Of a stretch of 64,000 nucleotides of DNA, positions 10,451-20,338 are shown piece after piece. Every line of letters begins with the position of its first letter. Position 1 is the stretch's first letter. The translations under genes were made by a program, and so were the position numbers. Source of the DNA: Wandonia haliotis (GTDB lineage: Bacteria > Bacteroidota > Bacteroidia > Flavobacteriales_D > Crocinitomicaceae); NCBI RefSeq assembly GCF_039523435.1, contig NZ_BAAAFH010000001.1, positions 1-64,000 of the forward strand, written 5' to 3'. The notes beneath the pieces are model-generated. The model was given only the letters and a program-made list of their open reading frames with translations. It did no database searches and was not told where the DNA came from.

Positions 10451-11371
10451 ATGAAAACACTAATCAGTATAGCAATCGTATTTTGGAGTATTGGATTATA
10501 TGCACAAAGCGACACAGCAACACACACAAAAAGTAGAATTACAGAGATTTATGATGTCGTTGCCGTTCATAAAGAAATACGAGACGGAAGAGGAGGAACA
10601 AGAAAATACACTTCAGAGCTAAAAGGAGAAATTCTGAATTACGATCAAAGTACCGGTGTACTTACCTTTAAATCTACGGATGGTAAACTGTATTCTTTCA
10701 GTAGTGATGAATACAAATATTTTGAATACGATAAAGAATTTATCACTAAAAACAAAGTATTTACACTAAAACAGCGGAAAGAGTCCGAATTTGAATTCTC
10801 GGCAGGGGTTAGAGTTTCCTTTCTCAATTTTAATGACCATTTTACTTCCGACACTTATTATCAGTACTCCGGAGGAGGTAATACAGATCTCCCTATTTCA
10901 ATTTTTGCAGGAGTTGGAAAGTATTTTAGCAGGAAACATTATGTTGGAATAAATGGAGAAATAGCCGTGATGTCGTATGGAAGTAATTATTTCTCTGGAG
11001 GATTCAACTATCATTTTCAATACGATGCTAATAAACGAAATGTTGCATTCTACATCCCGATAGGATTAAACTACTTTACTTCCAAATACAATCAATCCTT
11101 TCAATTAACTGACTCCGTCGTTGCACAATTACAAGCAAACTCAGATACCTATTCCAATCATCAGACTGTGGATTATAAAATATCTGCTCTTTCATTGTCA
11201 TTAGGACATGGTTTTTCCTTTATCTTAAATAATAAACACTCTATTTCTCTGGAATTAGCATTCATCAAATTTTTCCCATTGAGCACCTCATTTACAAACT
11301 CATTGGAACAAACACCCGATATTCGAATGACAGGGAGCGGGGTTCGTCTGGGCTTAGGCTTTAATTTTTAG
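10451..11371 (+). CDS. Putative outer-membrane beta-barrel protein
   Basis: Signal peptide. Alternating amphipathic strands and a C-terminal ...GLGFNF ending in Phe. Confidence 0.5.
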   Translation: MKTLISIAIVFWSIGLYAQSDTATHTKSRITEIYDVVAVHKEIRDGRGGTRKYTSELKGEILNYDQSTGVLTFKSTDGKLYSFSSDEYKYFEYDKEFITKNKVFTLKQRKESEFEFSAGVRVSFLNFNDHFTSDTYYQYSGGGNTDLPISIFAGVGKYFSRKHYVGINGEIAVMSYGSNYFSGGFNYHFQYDANKRNVAFYIPIGLNYFTSKYNQSFQLTDSVVAQLQANSDTYSNHQTVDYKISALSLSLGHGFSFILNNKHSISLELAFIKFFPLSTSFTNSLEQTPDIRMTGSGVRLGLGFNF

Positions 11372-11552
11372 GAACTTCTGAATAGAAAATCTTCGAATTA
11401 GTATACTCATTGTAAGTGATGTAACTCATCCTCCTTATAGGCCTACATAAAAATAGCATTAGCATTATTCATGATTAGATTATTCTATCTGATTTATTTA
11501 CCTTTATAATGCGATTAACAACTTAAAAAGTAGCATCATCAAAATACTTAAC

Positions 11553-12431
11553 GTGACGAAAAGCATCACACATAAAAGTTTCTTTGATAACTATATCAGA
11601 ATGAATGCTGACCTTTTTAAATGGCAATCCACACCATTACAAATTTATCCTTTAGAAAAAATTTCTGATTACTTGGTTTTACCAACTCCCTTATTACGAA
11701 CAGACTATAACTTCATCATTTACCTATATAAGGGTAGTTATTACCAACAAGTAGGCGTAGAAAAATATACAGTTGACCGCCCATCTATTTTGTATGTTAC
11801 CGAAGGGGATGTTTTTGCTTTGCTATCAAAAAAAAGTAACTTATCCGGCTTTTTCATTCTTATGGAGAATAAAGTTCTCTCATCAGTACTTGGTAAAATA
11901 GAACTTGCTGATCTCCTGAATATCGAAACATTAACCCTATTAAACCACAATACAAATCTATGGTTCAATAATTTATGTCAACTACTCTATAAAGAAGTTT
12001 CGGCCAGCACTCCCAATCGCAAAGTTGGAAGTGGATTATTACAGGCTTTGCTTCATAAGTTGATAGAAATCAATGATGGTAAAAAAACGATCACCCGGCA
12101 GCATGAAGTGGCTAACCATTTTAAACAGTTACTCAACAAATCATATAAAGAACATAAATCAGTTACCTATTATGCCCAGGTATTAAATGTTTCCGAGAAT
12201 TATCTCAACCGCTGTGTAAACAAACATTTTCAAAAAAGCTGTAAGCAATTAATTCAGGAAACAATTATTATCAATAGTCAAATTTTAATGTTTGAGTCTA
12301 ATATGGATATTCGTGAGATCTCCTTTGAAGTAGGTTTTGACGATCCGTCCTATTTTTCCAGAGTATTCAAAAAAATTACTGGACAAACCCCTTCTACATT
12401 CAAGAAGAACATTACGCATGATTTGTCCTAG
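11553..12431 (+). CDS. AraC/XylS-family transcriptional regulator
   Basis: C-terminal HTH_18 signature (EISFEVGFDDPSYFSRVFKKITGQTPSTF). Confidence 0.8.
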   Translation: MTKSITHKSFFDNYIRMNADLFKWQSTPLQIYPLEKISDYLVLPTPLLRTDYNFIIYLYKGSYYQQVGVEKYTVDRPSILYVTEGDVFALLSKKSNLSGFFILMENKVLSSVLGKIELADLLNIETLTLLNHNTNLWFNNLCQLLYKEVSASTPNRKVGSGLLQALLHKLIEINDGKKTITRQHEVANHFKQLLNKSYKEHKSVTYYAQVLNVSENYLNRCVNKHFQKSCKQLIQETIIINSQILMFESNMDIREISFEVGFDDPSYFSRVFKKITGQTPSTFKKNITHDLS

Positions 12432-12503
12432 TTATTATCGGGTTATTAAAAATACTCCTCAGTTTCTCCCACTAACTTTGTTGTCAGCATAAATTGACAA
12501 AAA

Positions 12504-13154
12504 ATGAAAATATTCTTATTGGGGGCAACAGGCGATACCGGATACGAAGTCCTAAAAAAACTCATCTCTGAAAATCATAAGGTAAAAATTCTGGTCAGAA
12601 CCCCGTCCAAATTAAACACAGCAGATATACCCAATCTCCAAAAAGATCAGATTGAAGTTATTCAGGGAAGTGTTATGGAAGCTGAAAAACTCATTGATTT
12701 ATTCAAAGACTGTGATGCTATTGTTTCTGCATTAGGAACAGGTAAAAACAATTCTTATACGGAAATCTACTCTAAAGGAGGTAGAAATATCATTGCAGCA
12801 ATGCGATCCAATCAAATAAAGAGACTGATTACCATAACATCTGCTCTTATCGACATGAGTGATACATCAACAGATAATTTCTTTCTAAATCGTATTATTC
12901 GTCCTAATTTCAACAAAATATATTCTGACCAAACCCGATGGGAAACAATTTTGGATGATACAACTGATATTAACTGGACTTGTGTACGTCCTACTTATTT
13001 AGTGAACAAGGAATTTACCGGTAGATATCGAATCAAGAATCAACACTGCCCTCCAAAAGGTAGAAAAATAGGTCGTTCAGACCTTGCTGACTTTATAGTA
13101 AAAGTACTCTATTCAAATGAATATATTCATCAAAAACCGGTACTCGCCTATTAA
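12504..13154 (+). CDS. NAD(P)H-binding (NmrA/SDR-like) oxidoreductase
   Basis: N-terminal Rossmann motif IFLLGATGDTGYEV. Length and pattern resemble PF13460. Confidence 0.7.
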   Translation: MKIFLLGATGDTGYEVLKKLISENHKVKILVRTPSKLNTADIPNLQKDQIEVIQGSVMEAEKLIDLFKDCDAIVSALGTGKNNSYTEIYSKGGRNIIAAMRSNQIKRLITITSALIDMSDTSTDNFFLNRIIRPNFNKIYSDQTRWETILDDTTDINWTCVRPTYLVNKEFTGRYRIKNQHCPPKGRKIGRSDLADFIVKVLYSNEYIHQKPVLAY

Positions 13155-13181
13155 AACCCCTGTAATTTGAAATAAGCAGTT

Positions 13182-13394
13182 ATGATTGAAATATTTAAGA
13201 CTTCTGTTAAAAGAAAGTCTGACAGCCACAAAATTGTTCAGGACTTAAAAAATATAATACCTGAAGCAAGAATTAATTTTGACCTCGAAGATTGCGATAA
13301 TATTTTACGAATAGAAGCAAATCATTTTGATATAAAATCTGTTCAATCACTTTTACAAAAATACGGTCATGAATCTGAGGTATTAATAGGATAA
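13182..13394 (+). CDS. Small hypothetical protein (70 aa)
   Basis: ORF only; no recognised motif. Confidence 0.3.
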   Translation: MIEIFKTSVKRKSDSHKIVQDLKNIIPEARINFDLEDCDNILRIEANHFDIKSVQSLLQKYGHESEVLIG

Positions 13395-13431
13395 CGAAGA
13401 AAGAATTGAATATGAACAATCTAAAGTGATT

Positions 13432-15156
13432 TTACAATTCTTCACGTTCAAGCCACTCCAATTCCCCCGGTAGTTCCATCGAGCAAAACTCCAGGTGAAT
13501 CACACGTCTTCGTTTTTGATTTTGCGCTTTGGAAGAAGCGTGTAATAAAAGTGGTTTCATCAACTGAACACCTCCCTCCTGCACTTCTATAGTAACAGGA
13601 GTAGCACTGGAAATAATAGCTTCTTTTTCTCCATCCGAATAACGCTGACTGTGAGAACCGGGTATAACCTTTAATGCACCATTTTTGACCGTAGCCTGAT
13701 CCAGATGCACACGAATACTAAACGTACATTTCAGAATTTCCTCGGGCGGGCATACACTCGTAATTCCATTTCTGTTGGTCCAGGAAGAAAAACCGTCCGT
13801 CTCTATCCGTTTGTTTACATTGACCGGAACATCCTGATGCCAGGTAACATACCAATTATCCGTATCAGGCTTATCAAAATAGATGGCTTTCGTCAGAAAA
13901 GCATTCTCATCCACAACCTGTACAATTTTTCTCAGGTTCCTATTCAATACAATTTTTTTCAGTTCGGGAATATCTTTCAATAACGTCCGCTTTCCAAAAG
14001 TCGGCTCATCGTGTTTATCAAAGTAAATATAAATCTTCTTCCCTATTTCCCGAATTTCCTTCCGCGTATATATATCGTTCAAAACAACATATCCATTCCG
14101 CTCCAGTTTCCTTGAAGCGGCTACCAAGTTCGGTTGGTGTAAATGTGTTCTGTATTGATCCAGCGCATTTTGTAGCTGATCCTGTATCCTCCTCCGGAGT
14201 GAACTGGGTTGTAGCACCTGAACCGTATCACCAAATCCCAAAATCAATCGTTCCAATTCAAAGTTATGGTGTACAAAAAGTTCCAGAATGATTCCATCAT
14301 CCGGCAACTGCTCCAGTACGCGTTGCGAATGGTGCAACGGCTTGGTTACGAGATATGGAGCATTTGAAGCATCTACTTTCAAAATCACCCGGTCAACATA
14401 TTTCTCGTCCATTACTGTTACACCTATCGTATTTTTATAATACGCATCTCCATCAAAAGGCTCTTCTAAAGCCTCCTTTTTCAGATCATACTCAACAGAC
14501 ACTATTCTATCCAGAGCAAGGGTTATAATACTCCCATTGCGTTTGTTTTTTCCCACAAGAAACCACCTGTTGTTATATTCTTTCAAAATAAACGGATAGA
14601 AAGTCATTTCCGAACTCTCTTTAGCTGAAAAAGATTTGTAGCGAATCTTCAAAACCAACTTTTTCACAATAGCCTGGTACAGCGCGTCCAGATGTTCCAG
14701 TCCTTTCAATCGCTCATTTTTGTCTAAATGAATGACTGCCGGTTGATGTGTTTTCTCTGTATAAATCCGATCTTCCAGTTTTTGGATAATGTCCCCCAAC
14801 TCCGAAAACAAAGAAAAATCTCTGAATTGCTTCAACATTTCCACCGATTCCGTAAGTACCTGCATATCTCCCTCATTCAAAGGAATATCTGTCATTCTGT
14901 AATCCGGGTCATCGTATTTATAATATTTCTTATCGTAAACCACAATAGGCGCATTATACCCTAGCTTATCACTCCTCATCAATTGAATATCCAATTGAAC
15001 CGTCCGTTTACTCACATTAACATCCCTGCCTTCGTATTCGTACAAAGCATCAGAACAAGCCTCAATAAGATCTTCTAATGTCCACTTATGGTACTGATTT
15101 TGCAGACATTTATCAATTGTTTTGTAACGTATCAGTGCATTTTTATTCTGAGCCAT
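13432..15156 (-). CDS. WYL-domain transcriptional regulator (wHTH-WYL-WCX) fused to a C-terminal PhyH-family 2-oxoglutarate/Fe(II) dioxygenase domain
   Basis: The N-terminus matches WYL regulators (NALIRYKTIDKCL HTH; NRWFLVGKNKRNGSIITLALDRIVSVE WYL core; WCX-like region). The C-terminal ~230 aa carry the PhyH hallmarks WHQD (His-x-Asp), GALKVIPGSH, a distal His and RRVIHLEF. It is divergent from rtcB. Confidence 0.75.
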   Translation of the reverse strand: MAQNKNALIRYKTIDKCLQNQYHKWTLEDLIEACSDALYEYEGRDVNVSKRTVQLDIQLMRSDKLGYNAPIVVYDKKYYKYDDPDYRMTDIPLNEGDMQVLTESVEMLKQFRDFSLFSELGDIIQKLEDRIYTEKTHQPAVIHLDKNERLKGLEHLDALYQAIVKKLVLKIRYKSFSAKESSEMTFYPFILKEYNNRWFLVGKNKRNGSIITLALDRIVSVEYDLKKEALEEPFDGDAYYKNTIGVTVMDEKYVDRVILKVDASNAPYLVTKPLHHSQRVLEQLPDDGIILELFVHHNFELERLILGFGDTVQVLQPSSLRRRIQDQLQNALDQYRTHLHQPNLVAASRKLERNGYVVLNDIYTRKEIREIGKKIYIYFDKHDEPTFGKRTLLKDIPELKKIVLNRNLRKIVQVVDENAFLTKAIYFDKPDTDNWYVTWHQDVPVNVNKRIETDGFSSWTNRNGITSVCPPEEILKCTFSIRVHLDQATVKNGALKVIPGSHSQRYSDGEKEAIISSATPVTIEVQEGGVQLMKPLLLHASSKAQNQKRRRVIHLEFCSMELPGELEWLEREEL

Positions 15157-15412
15157 AATCTGTAGTATCGTTCTAAAATGACTATTCGATAGTCAAAGTT
15201 AACAGCTTATTTCATTAAAAATAATGTCTCTCCTTTTGGAGAAAACAAATTTTACTCTACATTTGCAACCGATTTAAGTTTGAAGTTTACTATTAACAAA
15301 TAAAAAACCAAAGCGAAATGTTCAGTTTAATTAACATATTCTCCAGCGAGCCAGGTCAGGGACGTGTGCTTTGCGTGCTTTGGAATTCATAGATTAAAAT
15401 ATTCTGTTATGA

Positions 15413-15446
15413 AAGTCCGAAGCAATAGTTTCGGACTTTTTTTTAT
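15413..15446 (+). terminator. Intrinsic-terminator-like hairpin (AAGTCCGAA / TTCGGACTT) plus a T8 run, inside the wyl-rtcB intergenic region on the plus strand
   Basis: 9-bp perfect stem, 8-nt loop and TTTTTTTT read directly. No ORF lies upstream on this strand, so it may terminate a small RNA or leader. Confidence 0.5.
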
Positions 15447-15636
15447 CTCCATTTTACGGGTTGTAAGTTCGAAACATTGAATCCATCAATTTGTGTTACG
15501 TATTTACTTTAAAAAAATGTAAGTCAAAATTTTTGACAGTAGGTTAAGCTACTGTACTCTATTATTTTTTGAATATGAGATCTAACTCTGTAGAGGATTT
15601 TTCTCATCATTCACAGTATTTATTATTTCAGATAAA

Positions 15637-17037
15637 ATGGGAAAGAAAATTAAAGGGAAAGATCTGGTTAATCTGGGTTTTCCACAAAACAATACAATCA
15701 ATATCGCTTTGGGACAAATCAGCAGGTACCGTAAAAAGTGTGACAAACAAAAATTGCTGAATGAACTTAGTGATGTCATTGCCAATCAGGACTCTTATAA
15801 AGACGACCCTGTATGGGGAAAAATTATTGAAGCAATGACGGATCCGGTAGAACTCGAAATGCACACCTTACAATCACATCGTGTTCCTTTCGAAATATTC
15901 GGAGAAAATGAAATTGGCGATCTGGCAAAACATCAGTTTTATGGTTCGTTGAAACTTCCGATAGCGGTACGGGGTGCACTCATGCCTGATGCTCATGGTG
16001 GTTACGGACTACCAATAGGTGGAGTACTTGCAACAAAAAACGCAGTAATTCCTTATGGTGTAGGTGTTGACATCGGCTGTAGAATGGCGATGTCAGTGTT
16101 CCCCCTCCCTGCCAGTCATTTCAAAGGTCGAACGGATCAAATGAAAAAGATACTCTCCGAACATACTAAATTCGGTATGTACGAAACTCATAGGGTAAAA
16201 CATGATCACCCCATATTTGAGAGAAGTGAGTTTCGCGAAATTCCGTTGTTGAAGCAGCTTTTCAAAAAAGCTTACCAACAGTTAGGAACATCAGGAGGAG
16301 GAAATCATTTCGTTGAATTCGGAGTAGTGACTATGCGGGAAGATCTCTATCTAGATGGTAAGCTTCAGCTTCCTCAGGGAGAATATCTGGCTTTGCTGTC
16401 GCATAGTGGTTCCAGAGGGTTGGGAGCCAATATCGCCCAGCATTATACGCATCTGGCAAAAAAGCAATGTCACTTGCCTAAACAGGTACAGCACCTTGCC
16501 TGGTTAGATATGGATAAACACGATGGAATGGAGTACTGGATTGCGATGAATCTGGCCGGTGAGTATGCCAAGGCGTGTCATGATAATATCCATTCCAGAA
16601 TAGCCAAAGAGCTCGGAACTCAAATCACTGTAACCATTGAAAACCATCATAATTTTGCATGGAAAGAAAAAGTTAACGGGGAAGAGTGTATCGTTCACAG
16701 AAAAGGTGCTACACCTGCCGGAAAAGGAGTTCTCGGAATTATTCCCGGATCAATGACTGCTCCCGGATATATTGTAAGAGGCCTGGGAAATGAAAATAGT
16801 TTGAATTCAGCTTCTCACGGTGCCGGACGTATGTTCTCCAGAAGTCAGTGTAAATCCAAATTCACGAAGAGTGAGATCCAAAAACTACTCCAAACCAATG
16901 GAATAGAGTTAATCGGAGGGAATGTAGATGAAGCACCGATGGCGTATAAAGATATTCATACAGTCATGAACAACCAACAGGAATTGGTAGAAGTGATTGG
17001 TGAATTTCAACCAAAAATCGTTCGTATGGACAAATAA
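15637..17037 (+). CDS. rtcB: RNA-splicing ligase RtcB (3'-phosphate/2',3'-cyclic phosphate RNA ligase)
   Basis: Canonical RtcB motifs (MPDAHGGYGLPIGGV, GGGNHF, HNFA, ASHGAGR). 466 aa. Confidence 0.9.
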   Translation: MGKKIKGKDLVNLGFPQNNTINIALGQISRYRKKCDKQKLLNELSDVIANQDSYKDDPVWGKIIEAMTDPVELEMHTLQSHRVPFEIFGENEIGDLAKHQFYGSLKLPIAVRGALMPDAHGGYGLPIGGVLATKNAVIPYGVGVDIGCRMAMSVFPLPASHFKGRTDQMKKILSEHTKFGMYETHRVKHDHPIFERSEFREIPLLKQLFKKAYQQLGTSGGGNHFVEFGVVTMREDLYLDGKLQLPQGEYLALLSHSGSRGLGANIAQHYTHLAKKQCHLPKQVQHLAWLDMDKHDGMEYWIAMNLAGEYAKACHDNIHSRIAKELGTQITVTIENHHNFAWKEKVNGEECIVHRKGATPAGKGVLGIIPGSMTAPGYIVRGLGNENSLNSASHGAGRMFSRSQCKSKFTKSEIQKLLQTNGIELIGGNVDEAPMAYKDIHTVMNNQQELVEVIGEFQPKIVRMDK

Positions 17038-17047
17038 CAAAAACAAA

Positions 17048-17761
17048 ATGGACACACAAATTATAACCCTATCATCAGGAAGAGGCCCGGCAGAGTGCTG
17101 CTGGGTCGTTTCCCAGGTTCTGAAGCAAATACTGATCGAAATCAGGAGTATGGGCTATACCTATCACATTATTGACGAACAACAAGGAGACCTACCGGGG
17201 ACGTATCACTCAGTAAGCCTGTCTGTTGCCGGAAATGAATTGATTCATTTGCAGAAATCATGGGAAGGAACAATCCAGTGGACCGGAACCTCTATGTACC
17301 GCAAACATCATAAACGAAAAAACTGGTTTGTAGCCGTACAATTCAGAAAAAATACTGATTTGTTAAGTATTGATTTGAATCAGTTAAAATTTCAAACCAT
17401 GCGAAGCGGAGGAAAAGGCGGTCAACATGTTAATAAAGTCAGTACCGCCGTTCGTGTTACCCACACTCCTACCGGAATCAGTGTTACCAGTAGCACGCAT
17501 CGTTCCCAGTTACAAAATAAAAAACTGGCATTGCAAAAGCTGCAATTAAAATTGGAGGAGCAGCAACTGGAAGAAGCGGGGAAACAAGCTAGTAGGAACT
17601 GGCAGGAGAAAATTGAAATTGAAAGAGGAAATCCCATCAGAGTGTTTAGTAGCCTACAATTCAAGGATTCGGCAAATAAAAACAATAAACAGTTTGGCTC
17701 CCGAAGACAGCTACTAAAACAGGATTTACGAACAAGATTAAACGAAACCAAAGATGAATAA
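17048..17761 (+). CDS. prfH: Peptide chain release factor H-like protein (class-I RF homolog with a GGQ motif, lacking the codon-recognition N-domain)
   Basis: SGRGPAECCW N-terminus and RSGGKGGQHVNKVSTAVRVTH GGQ peptidyl-hydrolase motif. About 237 aa from the internal ATG at 17048. The ORF begins within or overlaps the 3' end of rtcB. Confidence 0.8.
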   Translation: MDTQIITLSSGRGPAECCWVVSQVLKQILIEIRSMGYTYHIIDEQQGDLPGTYHSVSLSVAGNELIHLQKSWEGTIQWTGTSMYRKHHKRKNWFVAVQFRKNTDLLSIDLNQLKFQTMRSGGKGGQHVNKVSTAVRVTHTPTGISVTSSTHRSQLQNKKLALQKLQLKLEEQQLEEAGKQASRNWQEKIEIERGNPIRVFSSLQFKDSANKNNKQFGSRRQLLKQDLRTRLNETKDE

Positions 17762-18275
17762 ATACCTTTTGGAGGCACTGGATGCTTACCCTTTTGATCT
17801 GGCGCAAGCTTTTGAAGCAATGGAATACGCCTTGAGTAGTGATAATCAATGTCCCCATACACTTTGTCTGTACGGAAGAATGTATGCAGAACAGCTACAG
17901 GACTACCCCAAAGCTATCAGTTATTTTGAAGAAGCACTTCAAAGTAATCTCTATGCCATTCAGGTCTATCCGTATTATATTAATGCGCTATTAAACTATG
18001 AAGAATTTGAAGCTGCAAAAAAATTAATTGACTTTGCCTTAGATGTAAAAGGTGCAGATAAAGGGGGACTTCTTCTTCTCAAAGCTTTGTATTTTGAGTA
18101 TAAAAAGGAGTACAACGAAGCCCTCAACACACTAAAAGAATCAGAATCATTTAGTTTTAATCAAGACTTCAAAAACTCGTTAAAAGAAGCTAAGACCAGG
18201 ATTGAAGAGAAAAAATCACCTCAAAAAGAAGTGAACAAAACGAAAAAAAAGAAGGTTACGAAAAAGAAATCATAA
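17754..18275 (+). CDS. Hypothetical alpha-helical TPR-like protein with a lysine-rich C-terminal tail, embedded between prfH and the second rtcB
   Basis: ATGA overlap with the prfH stop. Helical repeat pattern (YPKAISYFEEALQ...). KKKKVTKKKS tail. No recognised family. Confidence 0.5.
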   Translation: MNKYLLEALDAYPFDLAQAFEAMEYALSSDNQCPHTLCLYGRMYAEQLQDYPKAISYFEEALQSNLYAIQVYPYYINALLNYEEFEAAKKLIDFALDVKGADKGGLLLLKALYFEYKKEYNEALNTLKESESFSFNQDFKNSLKEAKTRIEEKKSPQKEVNKTKKKKVTKKKS

Positions 18276-18384
18276 TTCTTTTTGGTTCTACGCAAAATAA
18301 TTGCGCACATCCAGTTAACCTTTGTCCTGTTCTTATATTCAACGATTCATAAATCCTCCGTCGGCAATAGGGCTGGCGGAGTAA

Positions 18385-19767
<1,383 letters not shown>

Positions 19768-19947
19768 ACACTTCACACGACAATAAAACAATCGTTCTTT
19801 AAAATATTGTGTCACAACACAAAAGAAGTTGAATAGGTTACCGTATAAGTCCCCGATTCTGGTTTCTGAATAACCAAATAGTCTGATTCAGCATTGCTGC
19901 TTCAGGTGCTACTTACACTTTAACCATCAACACCTATAGCTATATGT

Positions 19948-20080
19948 TGAAGGTTCGAGTCCTTCCTGACCAAAAGGTTAGTATCTCAATTGGTAGAGAA
20001 ATAGCTTGAATTGTGTGGGTTCGAGCCCCACTCTGCAAAAGCGGATAGCTCAATTGGTAGAGCGCTGAATAGTGGATTCA
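19948..20080 (+). ncRNA. Cluster of tRNA-like modules that do not form canonical cloverleaf tRNAs. It holds two T-arms, two D-arm-like elements and an acceptor-plus-anticodon-like 5' half. Candidate tRNA-mimic ncRNA or tRNA pseudogene debris
   Basis: T-arm 1 is GAAGGTTCGAGTCCTTC followed by CTGACCA at 19948-19971. A D-arm follows at 19983-19998 (TCTCAATTGGTAGAGA). T-arm 2 is GTGGGTTCGAGCCCCAC at 20014-20030. The 5' half GCGGATAGCTCAATTGGTAGAGCGCTGAATAGTGGATTCAG lies at 20040-20080. Acceptor strands do not pair in the normal order. AGGTTAG (19974-19980) can pair 6/7 with the preceding CTGACCA, a permuted arrangement, and no anticodon arm follows it. Confidence 0.45.
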
Positions 20081-20338
20081 GTTTTCAAAAGAAGTTGATT
20101 ACTTCTAAAAATAATCACACGGGATGTTGTGACTTTTCAGTTTGTTCCTTTTTAGGACATGCAATCTGAAAATCGCCGGTTAAACAGGATATCGCCTTAA
20201 TAAAATTTCACCAATCTAATTTCATTTTTATTTGAGATAAGTAGCGTAAAATTGAATCAAGGCTTAATGTACGATCCGCAATTGACAGGTGAAAAGTTCA
20301 CAACATCTCTTGTTTGATAAACAATAAAAAAAGATAAC

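Noticed and set aside
19948-20080. Calling two or three ordinary tRNA genes here
   Set aside because: Hand-folding fails. No acceptor stem pairs in canonical order, one unit lacks an anticodon arm, and another lacks a T-arm. The region is reported as tRNA-like modules instead.
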